From Christensenellales bacterium (GTDB lineage: Bacteria > Bacillota > Clostridia > Christensenellales > UBA3700): a DNA stretch of 57,730 bases. The notes under the pieces are model-generated. The model made no database searches. It worked only from the letters and a program-made list of their open reading frames with translations, and had not been told where the DNA came from. Below are positions 39,759-49,600 of this stretch, one piece after another; the stretch's first letter is position 1; the number at the start of each line of letters is the position of its first letter. Position numbers and translations under genes: made by a program. Location: the NCBI GenBank assembly GCA_051883395.1, contig JBJETQ010000028.1, positions 1 through 57,730 on the forward strand, given 5' to 3'.

Positions 39759-40634
39759 ATGCAAAAAGTTACAAAAGTAGTAATACCTGCGGCAGGGTTC
39801 GGAACAAGATTTTTGCCTGCCACCAAGTCGTTGCCGAAGGAGATGTTTCCTATTGTGGATACGCCGACTCTGCAATACGTGGTGGAAGAAGCAGTCAAGA
39901 GCGGAATTACCGACGTACTGATTATTCTTGGCAAAAACAAAAAGTGTATCGAAGACCATTTCGACTATGCGGTAGAACTTGAAAACCTGCTGGCAAAAGC
40001 CAACAAAACGGCTGAAATCAAAGTTGTGCGAGAGATTGCCGATATGGCAAACTTCCACTATATAAGACAAAAGGAAATGAAGGGGTCGGGACACGCTATA
40101 TTGCTGGCACAAGCCTTTGTAGGCAACGAGCCGTTCGGAGTAATTTATGGCGACGACGTCGTGTACAATCCGTCTTCTCCTGCGCTGTCTCAACTTATCA
40201 AGGCATATGAGACGACGGGCAAGACGATAGTTGGTTGTCAGAACGTGCCTAGGGAAGAAGCTATCAAATACGGCGTAGTGCAACCCGGTGCAGTCAAGGG
40301 CAGATATACCGAAATCAAAGGCTTTGTAGAAAAGCCGCCTATCGAGCAGCTGCCTTCCACACTTGCAAGTATGGGCAGATACGTCCTTACGCCTGACATA
40401 TTTGATATACTCAAATCGACGCCGCCAAGCATAAACGGAGAAATCTATCTTACCGACGCTATTCTCACTTTGGCTAAGACAAGCGGCGCATACGCATACG
40501 AGTTTGAAGGCAAACGCTACGACGTTGGCGACAAGGTCGGGTATATCGAAGCGTCGATAGAGTATGGACTGAGAGACGAAACAATCAACCAAAAGCTCAA
40601 AGAGTATTTAAAGAATATCGTTAAAACTTTTTAA
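39759..40634 (+). CDS. galU: UTP-glucose-1-phosphate uridylyltransferase
   Basis: MQKVTKVVIPAAGFGTRFLPATKSLPKEMFPIVD. AGGAG SD 6 nt upstream. Confidence 0.93.
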   Translation: MQKVTKVVIPAAGFGTRFLPATKSLPKEMFPIVDTPTLQYVVEEAVKSGITDVLIILGKNKKCIEDHFDYAVELENLLAKANKTAEIKVVREIADMANFHYIRQKEMKGSGHAILLAQAFVGNEPFGVIYGDDVVYNPSSPALSQLIKAYETTGKTIVGCQNVPREEAIKYGVVQPGAVKGRYTEIKGFVEKPPIEQLPSTLASMGRYVLTPDIFDILKSTPPSINGEIYLTDAILTLAKTSGAYAYEFEGKRYDVGDKVGYIEASIEYGLRDETINQKLKEYLKNIVKTF

Positions 40635-40651
40635 TAACAAATTATGATATC

Positions 40652-40687
40652 TGTCCCTATACGTCAGGCGTATAGGGACTTTTCTTT
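40652..40687 (+). terminator. Intrinsic terminator of galU
   Basis: GTCCCTATACG-TCAGG-CGTATAGGGAC followed by TTTTCTTTT. Confidence 0.88.
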
Positions 40688-40860
40688 TATTGAAATTAAC
40701 AAAAAGGACGAATAAAATAAGGACAGATAAACCGGCGGAGCTTTGCATTATGGAGCATATAGAGTGGCGTAATATCGCTGAACGGAAATGTCGGTAGTAC
40801 GGATAGGAGAGTAGCATTACAAAAATTGTGTAAAAAATTTGAAAAATAGCAAAAAAACTA

Positions 40861-40888
40861 TTGACAAAGCATATAATGGTGATATAAT
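40861..40888 (+). promoter_or_regulatory. Sigma-A promoter of the ctsR operon
   Basis: TTGACA, 16 nt spacer, TATAAT with TGn extension (TGATATAAT). Confidence 0.65.
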
Positions 40889-40890
40889 AA

Positions 40891-40914
40891 GGTCAAAGGT
40901 CAAAGAAAGTCAAA
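40891..40914 (+). promoter_or_regulatory. CtsR operator (heptad direct repeats)
   Basis: GGTCAAA GGTCAAA GAA AGTCAAA, immediately downstream of the -10 element. The CtsR box consensus is (A/G)GTCAAA-NAN-(A/G)GTCAAA. Confidence 0.8.
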
Positions 40915-40937
40915 GATTTGGCTTAAAGGAGGTTAAA

Positions 40938-41390
40938 ATGGCAAATATATCTGATACGATAGAAGAATTTATCTTGTCGGTGATAGGCGACGACGACAGC
41001 TTACAGTTGTCGAGAAACGAGCTTGCCAACTATTTTGCCGTTGCACCAAGTCAGATAAATTACGTGCTTGCCACAAGATTCAACGTAGACAAGGGATATA
41101 TTATTGAATCAAAAAGGGGCGGCGGCGGATTTATTACGCTGATAAGGTTGTGCAAAAAGGACGATTTGCTTTCCGAAGTTCTTGAAGAAGTAGAAAAGCT
41201 TGACGGACTGACTTATCAGAAGGCAAGCAACATCATCGACCGTCTGCAAAGAGACGATATGATAGACGACAAACAGGCAGACATAATAAGGAGCGCAGTG
41301 AGCGACAAGGCTCTCAACGTTCCTATGAACAACAACAGACTAAGAAAAAACGTTTTTAGTCAAATATTGATAGGACTCATCAGGGGGTAG
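40938..41390 (+). CDS. ctsR: Class III stress gene repressor CtsR
   Basis: MANISDTIEEFIL ... APSQINYVLATRFNVDKGYIIESKRGGGGFITLIRL. AAGGAGG SD. Confidence 0.93.
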   Translation: MANISDTIEEFILSVIGDDDSLQLSRNELANYFAVAPSQINYVLATRFNVDKGYIIESKRGGGGFITLIRLCKKDDLLSEVLEEVEKLDGLTYQKASNIIDRLQRDDMIDDKQADIIRSAVSDKALNVPMNNNRLRKNVFSQILIGLIRG

Positions 41391-41394
41391 CAAT

Positions 41395-41874
41395 ATGAAA
41401 ATGTGTGAAATATGCGGCAAGCATCCCGCAACGATATTTATCAAAACCAATATCAACGGCGTCAAGAGCGAAAAGCAAGTGTGTAGCCAATGCGCAAAAA
41501 TGTTGCAGAATTCAGGCAGCTTTGCCGATATATTCGGAGCGCCTGCGCTGGGTAGTTTTTTTGACGAACCCGTTACGCACAGCATGCGTGTATGTCCAAA
41601 ATGCGGAATGACAGAGAGAGAAGTGCTGGAACAATCTCGTTTTGGGTGCAGCGAATGTTACGAAACGTTCAGAGATATTGCAGACGGCTTTGTGGGCAAC
41701 CTGGGCGGAAAAACTTACGTCGGGCAGGTTGCTTTGGACGAGAAACAATGCAAGCAGAAAAGCAGATTGGAAATGTTGAAAGAACAACTGGACAAGGCTG
41801 TTGAAGACAAAGATTTTCTCAAAGCCAACGATATTCAGAATGAAATTCTTGCATTGAAAAAAGGAGAAAAATAA
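41395..41874 (+). CDS. mcsA: McsA (zinc-finger plus UVR domain activator of McsB)
   Basis: CEICGKHPA...CSQCA and CPKCG...CSECY Cys pairs. C-terminal UVR-like LEMLKEQLDKAVEDKDFLKANDIQNEI. Confidence 0.88.
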   Translation: MKMCEICGKHPATIFIKTNINGVKSEKQVCSQCAKMLQNSGSFADIFGAPALGSFFDEPVTHSMRVCPKCGMTEREVLEQSRFGCSECYETFRDIADGFVGNLGGKTYVGQVALDEKQCKQKSRLEMLKEQLDKAVEDKDFLKANDIQNEILALKKGEK

Positions 41875-41875
41875 T

Positions 41876-42874
41876 ATGGACAATATGAAGGACGTGGTTT
41901 ATTCTACAAGAATACGTCTGGCAAGAAACATAAAAGGACTGCCTTTTCCGCATAGGCTGAGCGGAGAAGAAGAAATATATTCCGTATTGATGAAAGGCGT
42001 AGAACAGGCTACGGGCAAACTGTTCAAAAGCGACTTTTATAAGATGAGCAATCTTGACGACCTGACCAGACAGACGTTGGTAGAAAAACATCTTATAAGT
42101 CCCGACCTTACTCAAAGTCAATACGGCGCCGTGGTGATAAGTAAAAACGAAGATATTGCCATTATGATAAACGAAGAAGACCACATAAGAGAACAATGTA
42201 TTGTGGACGGCTATGCACCTAAGCAAGCCTACTCGACGCTTGCCACCGTGGATAGAGAAATATCAGAAGTTTTGCCTGTGGCTCACGACGAAAAACTGGG
42301 ATATCTCAATACGTGTCCAACAAATCTTGGAGCAGGAATGAGAGCATCGGTAATGTTGTTTTTGCCTGCGCTTGCCATGAGCGGAGCGATAACAAGCATC
42401 ATCAGGGCAATTCAGGACCTTGGTTTTACTACCAGGGGAGTGTACGGCGAAGGCAGCAAAGCCGAAGGATTTATGTATCAGATATCCAATCAGGCTGCTA
42501 TCGGGCAGAGTGAAAAGCAGATTCTTGACCGATTGGACGGAGTGGTGATGAAAATAGTCGACGCCGAACGGCAGGCGAGAAGCAATCTTGCAAAGAGTCA
42601 GGGAAGTAAACTGAAAGACAAGATAATGCGTGCCTACGGAACGCTGAAATACGCAGTAATGATGAGCAGCGAAGAATTTATGGAATTGTTGGCATTGGTC
42701 AAGCTGGGAGTGTGCGAACACTATATCGACGCCGATATAGACAAACTCAACAGTCTGATTACGGTTACTCAACCGGCTATGTTGTGCAAACTGGCAGGAA
42801 AAAAGTTGGGAGCGGACGAGAGAGACGTGGCGAGAGCCGCCATGGTGAAAAATCTGCTCAAAGATAATCAATAG
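41876..42874 (+). CDS. mcsB: Protein arginine kinase McsB
   Basis: Guanido phosphotransferase motifs NEEDHIREQ and CPTNLGAGMRASV. Confidence 0.93.
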   Translation: MDNMKDVVYSTRIRLARNIKGLPFPHRLSGEEEIYSVLMKGVEQATGKLFKSDFYKMSNLDDLTRQTLVEKHLISPDLTQSQYGAVVISKNEDIAIMINEEDHIREQCIVDGYAPKQAYSTLATVDREISEVLPVAHDEKLGYLNTCPTNLGAGMRASVMLFLPALAMSGAITSIIRAIQDLGFTTRGVYGEGSKAEGFMYQISNQAAIGQSEKQILDRLDGVVMKIVDAERQARSNLAKSQGSKLKDKIMRAYGTLKYAVMMSSEEFMELLALVKLGVCEHYIDADIDKLNSLITVTQPAMLCKLAGKKLGADERDVARAAMVKNLLKDNQ

Positions 42875-42885
42875 GAGGTGATAGT

Positions 42886-45306
42886 ATGCAAAATTTTACA
42901 GCGGAATGTGGAAAAGTTATGAATAAGGCAACGGAATACGCAGCGATGAGCGGCGGTCTGTTGGGTACGGAACATATCGTGTGCGGTATGATTGACGTGG
43001 AAGACAGTTATGCCGGCAAGCTGCTCAAAGACAGCGGTCTGACAAAGGAGCATATCGGCATGCTGGTGCAGTCGACGGCATACAATCAGTCGGTGTCGCT
43101 GAGCAATCGTACACGCAACGTAATTGCCAACGCCCAGATTCTTGCCGAAAGAGTGGGCGACCAATATATATCTTCGGACAAATTGCTGTTTGCGATTTTG
43201 TGCGAAAAGACTTCTTATGCCTACAAGGGGTTGGAGAGTTTTGGAGTAAATATCGAACTGCTCAAAGGCAAAATTATTCAGGATATAGAAAAGCAGAAGT
43301 CAGGAGTAAAAGGGTTTAACGCTTCGGGTTCTCATGACGACCAGCAGGGACAGGAGAGCGAAAAGAGCGACCTTGACAGCCTTGGCACAGACCTTACTCA
43401 AAAAGCCAGACAAGGCAAACTCGACCCTGTAATAGGAAGAAATAAGGAGATTGAGAGAATAGTACAGATTTTGAGTCGCAGAACGAAGAATAATCCTGTA
43501 CTAATCGGTGAGCCGGGCGTCGGTAAAAGTGCGGTCGTAGAAGGTCTGGCACAGGCCATCGTCAACGGCGACGTGCCTGAAATGCTGAAAGATAAAAAGG
43601 TGTTCAGCCTGGATATGGCAAGTCTTCTTGCAGGAACAAAATACAGGGGCGAATTTGAAGAAAGACTCAAAAACGCCATAGAAACTTTGAAAAAAGACGG
43701 CAACACCATATTGTTTATAGATGAAATTCATACCATAGTGGGCGCAGGTTCTACGGGAGAAAACGGTATGGATGCCGCCAATATTCTCAAACCGCAATTG
43801 GCAAGGGGAGAGTTGCAGACCATAGGCGCAACGACTCTGGACGAATATAGAAAATATATCGAAAAGGACAGCGCATTGGAAAGAAGATTTCAGCCTATCA
43901 CCGTTGACCCGCCTACCGTGGAAGATACTATTCTCATTCTCAAAGGTCTGAGAGAAAAGTATGAACAGCATCACAAAGTTACCATAACCGACGAAGCTAT
44001 AAAAGCGGCGGCAGAACTCAGCGACAGATATATCACCGACAGGTTTTTGCCAGATAAAGCCATTGACCTTATCGACGAAGCGGCAAGCCGCAAAAAGATA
44101 GGGGCCAACGTTGCGCCGAAAGAAGTAAAAGAAATAGAAGATAAGTTGGCAAGACTGAGAGTGGAATTGGAAGACGCCAAAAATCACAGCGAATATCTCA
44201 AATGCCACGATATTCAGCAGCAAATCAATACTCTCGAACAACAGTTGGAAGGACAAAAAGAAAAATGGAAGGACAGTCAGGTGGAACAGGAATTGTCAAT
44301 TGGCGAGCAGGAAATCGCACAGATTGTATCTTCCTGGACAGGTGTGCCTGTGGTAAAACTTACGCAGAGCGAGAGTGAAAAACTGCTTGACTTGGAAAAC
44401 GTTTTGCGCAAGAGAGTCGTAGGACAGGACGAAGCGGTCGAAGCCGTTGCCAAAGCCGTAAGAAGGGCAAGAGTAGGCATAAAAGACCCTAACAGACCAA
44501 TCGGCTCATTCATATTCCTTGGCCCTACCGGCGTGGGCAAAACGGAACTTTCCAAGGCGCTGGCGGAAGCGATGTTCGGCGACGAAAATCTGATGATAAG
44601 AGTGGATATGAGCGAATATATGGAAAAAATCAACGTGTCCAGACTCATCGGTTCGGCTCCGGGTTACGTCGGTTTTGACGAAGGCGGACAACTCACCGAA
44701 AAGGTAAGAAGAAAACCTTATTCCGTAATTTTGTTTGACGAAATAGAAAAGGCTCATCCCGACGTATTCAATATTATGTTGCAGATACTCGAAGACGGCA
44801 GACTGACCGATTCTCACGGAAGGGTGGTAAGCTTTAAGAATACCATAATCATCATGACTTCCAACATTGGCGCAGAAGAAATCAAGACTACCAGGAGTCT
44901 CGGATTCGGCGACAACAAAGACAGCTATGAAAATATGAGAGAAAGACAGATGGACGCCTTGAAAAAGGCTATGCGCCCTGAGTTTATCAATCGTATCGAC
45001 GACATTGTAATATTCCGTGCGTTGGAAAAGGACGATATGAAAAAAGTTGCGTCGCTCATCGTCGACAACCTTGTGGGCAGACTGGCGAAAAACGGATACA
45101 AACTTTCTGTAACTGACGCCGCAAAAGAGCTTGTAATCGAAAAGGGCGCAGACGCCCAGTACGGTGCAAGACCTTTGAGAAGGGCTGTGCAGAGAATGAT
45201 AGAAGACGAGTTGTCGGAGCGTATTCTCAAAGGCGAGTTTGAGATAGGCGACGAGATAGACGTGGACAGAGACCAGGACCAACTTACCTTTGTAAAAAAA
45301 GTATAA
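42886..45306 (+). CDS. clpC: ATP-dependent Clp protease ATPase subunit ClpC
   Basis: 806 aa. Two AAA+ modules (GEPGVGKSAVVEG and GPTGVGKTELSKA), N-terminal Clp repeats, and a UVR linker. Confidence 0.96.
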   Translation: MQNFTAECGKVMNKATEYAAMSGGLLGTEHIVCGMIDVEDSYAGKLLKDSGLTKEHIGMLVQSTAYNQSVSLSNRTRNVIANAQILAERVGDQYISSDKLLFAILCEKTSYAYKGLESFGVNIELLKGKIIQDIEKQKSGVKGFNASGSHDDQQGQESEKSDLDSLGTDLTQKARQGKLDPVIGRNKEIERIVQILSRRTKNNPVLIGEPGVGKSAVVEGLAQAIVNGDVPEMLKDKKVFSLDMASLLAGTKYRGEFEERLKNAIETLKKDGNTILFIDEIHTIVGAGSTGENGMDAANILKPQLARGELQTIGATTLDEYRKYIEKDSALERRFQPITVDPPTVEDTILILKGLREKYEQHHKVTITDEAIKAAAELSDRYITDRFLPDKAIDLIDEAASRKKIGANVAPKEVKEIEDKLARLRVELEDAKNHSEYLKCHDIQQQINTLEQQLEGQKEKWKDSQVEQELSIGEQEIAQIVSSWTGVPVVKLTQSESEKLLDLENVLRKRVVGQDEAVEAVAKAVRRARVGIKDPNRPIGSFIFLGPTGVGKTELSKALAEAMFGDENLMIRVDMSEYMEKINVSRLIGSAPGYVGFDEGGQLTEKVRRKPYSVILFDEIEKAHPDVFNIMLQILEDGRLTDSHGRVVSFKNTIIIMTSNIGAEEIKTTRSLGFGDNKDSYENMRERQMDALKKAMRPEFINRIDDIVIFRALEKDDMKKVASLIVDNLVGRLAKNGYKLSVTDAAKELVIEKGADAQYGARPLRRAVQRMIEDELSERILKGEFEIGDEIDVDRDQDQLTFVKKV

Positions 45307-45314
45307 ATAATTTC

Positions 45315-45342
45315 AAAAGCCCCCTTGAAGAGAGGGCTTTTG
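45315..45342 (+). terminator. Intrinsic terminator of the ctsR-clpC operon
   Basis: AAAGCCC-CCTTGAAGAGA-GGGCTTT followed by TGT. Confidence 0.8.
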
Positions 45343-45353
45343 TATGTTATAAT
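45325..45353 (+). promoter_or_regulatory. Candidate promoter for hpf
   Basis: TTGAAG, 17 nt spacer, TGTTATAAT (extended -10). Confidence 0.5.
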
Positions 45354-45409
45354 CAAAGTACAAAAATGGTGCGACGTTGCAAGCTACTTAGCACCGCAAG
45401 GAGGACAAC

Positions 45410-45931
45410 ATGAGAGTAGAAATCGTATCTAAAAACTACAAGGTTTCGGACCACATCAAAGACGTTATCGAAATGAAACTGGAAAAATTTGCCAGATATT
45501 TTGAAGACGACGCACTTGCAAAAGTTATGCTCAAAGAAATCGGCAAAGAGAAGTACGTTATGGAAATTACCATTTTCTTTGGCGGCAATATGGTGAGAAG
45601 CGAAGTTATGTCCGACAATATGTACAACAATATAGACATAGCTCTCCCAAAGATTGAAGGACAGATAAGAAAGTATCGCACCAAGCTCGGTAAAATGAGA
45701 AAGAGCGCACTTGAAGCAGAGAGCCTTTACGAAATTCCACAAATCAAGGAGAAAGAACTTGTCAAGACCAAGTCTTTTGAACTCAAAAAAATCAGCGTAG
45801 CCGAAGCTATTGCAGAGATGGAGCTTGTCGACCACGACTTTTTTGCCTTTGTCAACGAGTCCAACGGCATGGTCAATATAGTTTATAGAAGAACCGACGG
45901 CAACGTAGGTCTGATAGATTTGGTATATTAA
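45410..45931 (+). CDS. hpf: Ribosome hibernation promoting factor (long HPF)
   Basis: 173 aa. MRVEIVSKNYKVSDHIKDVIEMKLEKF plus a C-terminal dimerisation domain (MELVDHDFFAFVNESNGMVNIVYRRTDGNVGLI). Confidence 0.93.
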   Translation: MRVEIVSKNYKVSDHIKDVIEMKLEKFARYFEDDALAKVMLKEIGKEKYVMEITIFFGGNMVRSEVMSDNMYNNIDIALPKIEGQIRKYRTKLGKMRKSALEAESLYEIPQIKEKELVKTKSFELKKISVAEAIAEMELVDHDFFAFVNESNGMVNIVYRRTDGNVGLIDLVY

Positions 45932-45951
45932 TTACAGGTTTGATAGACACG

Positions 45952-45991
45952 CAGGCAACTTTTCTATACTTAGGAAAGGTTGCCTGTTTTT
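45952..45991 (+). terminator. Intrinsic terminator of hpf
   Basis: CAGGCAAC...GTTGCCTG stem followed by TTTTT. Confidence 0.8.
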
Positions 45992-46146
45992 ATAAGCGGC
46001 GGAATGCGAATATTTTTGTCTTATCGCTTGCAATTTGACGCAGGTAAGTATTAATATAAATAAGAAGATAAAACGAGCGGAATTGATAAGCGGATAACAA
46101 AAATCATCGCAAAAGTCGATACGTGTCGGATATTTGGAGTATAATT

Positions 46147-46644
46147 ATGCAAAAAGAATGGGAAATCGTACAGGTAGAAAAACAGGAGATTGAAACGTTC
46201 AGTCAATATGCCAAAGGAATATGGGGAGAATATTTTACCGCTCTGCTGAGTGGGGAACAAATAGCATATATGCTGGATATGTTTTTGTCCGTGGAAGTGT
46301 TGACAAAGCAGTTTGACGGCGATTATAAATACTTCTATTGCTATTATCGGGGCGAAAAAGTCGGATTTATCGGACTTGAATATGAAAAGGACGCATTGTT
46401 TTTGTCAAAACTCTACCTGTCAAAAGAATTCAGGGGCAGGGGGCTTGCCAGTCGTATGTTTGCATTTATCGAACAGCAGGCAAAGTCATGCGGACTCAAC
46501 AGAATTTATCTCACCTGCAACAAATACAACAAACATTCTTTGGACGTTTACGCCGCCAAAGGCTTTGAAATAGTCGAAAGCGTCATGACAGACATAGGAC
46601 AAGGCTTTGTGATGGACGATTACGTGCTGGAAAAGAAATTATAA
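46147..46644 (+). CDS. GNAT family N-acetyltransferase
   Basis: Start MQKEWEIVQ with a GGAG SD. Motif A: FRGRGLASRMFAFIEQQAK. Confidence 0.8.
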   Translation: MQKEWEIVQVEKQEIETFSQYAKGIWGEYFTALLSGEQIAYMLDMFLSVEVLTKQFDGDYKYFYCYYRGEKVGFIGLEYEKDALFLSKLYLSKEFRGRGLASRMFAFIEQQAKSCGLNRIYLTCNKYNKHSLDVYAAKGFEIVESVMTDIGQGFVMDDYVLEKKL

Positions 46645-46650
46645 TTATTA

Positions 46651-46679
46651 TGGACACGGCGTCGCCGTTGTGTTATATT
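46651..46679 (+). promoter_or_regulatory. Candidate promoter directly abutting the start codon of the 1008-aa surface protein gene
   Basis: TGGACA, 17 nt spacer, TGTTATATT (extended -10). The -10 ends 6 nt before the ATG and there is no SD. Confidence 0.5.
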
Positions 46680-46685
46680 GGGTAT

Positions 46686-49600
46686 ATGAAGAAAAAGAGA
46701 ATTTTTACTGTTTTGTCAGTCGTACTGGCGCTTTGCGTCGGATTGGTATTTTTGTGCGGCTGCAAGGCGGAAGAACAGAGACTGGTCTACAACGATAAGG
46801 TCGAAGGTCGTTACGCAGACGGAATAAGCATTGTCAATACTGTCAATGCTCCCGATTATGCTGTGGAATATCAGGGAAAAGCCAGAGTGGAACAGTTGAT
46901 GTACGTTGACAATACCGTCAAAGGACTGCATCTGACGGGACTGTATCTGCCTGCCGGCGAGACAATAAGCATCACCGTATCGGCGGAAGTGGCACAAAAA
47001 AGCCATAAGATTGTCATCAATTCTCTTACAGGCGGACAGGAAGTTGTGGAGCTTGACAGCGTAAGAACTCAATATACTTCTCCGACAGGCGGCAGAGTGG
47101 ATATTAAGGTCGACGGGGCAGTGGAAGAAAGAAACGTATTCGAAGTAAAAATTTCGGGTTGCGTAAGAATGCCGTTCTATCGTCTTGGCGTGGACAACGA
47201 CAAACCGCAATCGCAGGATAAGGGCTGGGCAACGCTTGACTGCGGCAATATGCGATTCGTATTTCCTGCCGATATGCTGGACGATATAAATCAACTTGAC
47301 AAGAGTCTTACCTGGTGGCGTTCTGCCGTAGAAGCTATGTGCATGATGACGGGAACTAAATTTATCGACGGAGATTTGTCCCCGATAATCGTGTACGTCG
47401 CACCGGAATTTGAGAATTCTTACAGAGAGTGGAATAAGAGCGAAAAGTATATAAAAATTTCTAGAAGTGCATTTGAAGGTATGATAGATTATGACTGTCT
47501 CAAAACAGGCGGTGCAAAATCGTTGCTCGACATTTTAGGTGAAATGATGGCAGACGGAGCAGACGGCTATAATCAGGGTCCGCTTGCAGGTAAACTAGGC
47601 AAGGTGTTGTCCAATCTAACCTATATAATAATGACCGACAACGTCAAAGACGGCGAGTATAACGGAATTGCCAATTCGTATAATCAACTTAGCGCAGTTG
47701 TCAACGGAGAGAGCATAGAGAGCAGCAATATAGAAGTATTTTTTGACGGACTGCTGCACAGCTTTGGCGTGGAAAAGACGATAAACGCTCTTGAACAATA
47801 TAAATTTACCATGACTCAAAGCTACGAAGGCGACAAGTGGAGCAAATATATCGAAGAAGTGAGCAAGTCGTGCAGAGACGGAGACGAAAGCAAGCTTTTG
47901 TTTGGTGCAGACCTTTCGTATTATTGTCAATGGCTGGATATGGACGTGTCGGATGAGTGCAAGGCGGCTATTGCCGATTTGCCTTTGTACGTGCCTGTTC
48001 AGTCAACTTATGCGGTGGGCGGCGGCGAAAGCTGTCAGACGGGAATCAGTCTCGAATTGGGACAGAAAACGGTACTGGACTTTGCGTCTTCGCTTGTTTC
48101 TCCTATATCAGGTTGGAAGGTGGAGAGTGTAGAAGGCAACGGCTGGAAACCTACCGAAAGCGGAAAGTATGAATATACGCCTTCCGCAGACAGATTGGTG
48201 GACGAATATAAAGTAAATCTTACCAACGGAGAATTGAAGACAACCCTGTACGGACGAGTTACCGTCAACGTGCAGGTAGCTTCTTACAGCGTATACAGGG
48301 ATACGCAATACAGAGACGTGGACAAAGCCATCAAAGGCACAGCCGGTATGACGCCAAGTTTTGCCGAAAGCATATCGAAAGCCGAAGTTCCCGAAGAAAG
48401 CGAAGCCGACGAGAGCAAATATTCTTTTGGGGTTACCAAAGGCAGCATGCAGGTAAACGAGAGCGGCAAATACGTCTTTTATCTCAAAAGCAAAGGTCTG
48501 GTCAAAGTCAACTTCGGCGTGAGCGAGTTTATGTTCGAGATGTTCAACAACTATCTCACCGTAAGCGACTATACGCAGGAACTCAAATACGAAGTGCAAC
48601 TGGACAAGGATAAAGTGTATAATTACGAAATATACGTCCTGTCTACGCAAGGCGGCGGTTGGGCAACTATTGGAATAGAAAACTCTACGGGAAAAATAGA
48701 AGATTTAGGCGAAAAATATATCGTATTCAGCAATATGAGCGCAGACGACGTGGTCAATTATGACAGCCCTGTCATAGATATACAGGATATAGATTTGCAT
48801 CAACAGGTATATGCCGATTATCTTGCTACAAGATGGTTGGTCATCGATGCGCCCGAAACAAAAGAAACCAGCGCAAATATTTATCTGTTTGACGACAACA
48901 ACGCCACGTATTTTGAAGCGCAACAACAAAGCGACGAGTACGTTATTTGTTTCGATATGCAGTCAGTAAGAGAAATCGAATATCTCTCCGTTGGCGTCAA
49001 GACCGATATGCTGGGCGCTACCGTGGAGATAGAAACGGGCAACGACACGGACAATATGACTGTGAGCGCAGACGGAGTTCTGACGACGATAGACAACGTA
49101 TTTGAACTGACCGAGAGCGTCAACTGCCGATACGTCAGACTGACGATAAAAAAGAACGAAAACTTTGAATGTGCAATATCGGGCATATCCGTAGGCAGAA
49201 TAATGAGCGAGAGCAGAATAGTGCCTAATACCAGTACGGATATTTTGTATCAGGGAGAATGGGTCAACATCAACAAATATTCGGCTGTCAACGGTTCTCT
49301 TGCAAGCAATGCAGACAAAAATTGTGCTTTGGAGTATGAGTTTTACGGTTCCATGATTTCCGTCTACGCCACCAAAGACGCAAGTTTCGGCCATGCAAAA
49401 GTCTATATCGACGGCAAGGAACATTCCATCATCGACTTGTCGAGCGACGTCGCTCGGTGCGGAGAAAGGGTATTTTTGCAGGAGTTTGACGGTATGGGAC
49501 TGCATACGATAAAAATCGTTCCTGTCGACGACGATAAAATCAATATCGACTATCTGACGGTGATAGAAGGCGAAAGACCTGCCCAGCAGGCTCCTAAGTT

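Noticed and set aside
40608-40817. A 69-aa minus-strand ORF downstream of galU.
   Set aside because: It overlaps the galU 3' end and contains the galU terminator hairpin. It has no SD and its composition looks hydrophobic and random.
46091-46112. AATTGATAAGCGGATAACAAAA closely resembles E. coli lacO1 (AATTGTGAGCGGATAACAATT).
   Set aside because: It matches mainly the asymmetric right half and has no dyad symmetry of its own. No LacI-family gene is in the window, and it sits upstream of a GNAT gene rather than the lacZ-like gene. This is most likely chance similarity, although vector contamination could be excluded by BLAST.
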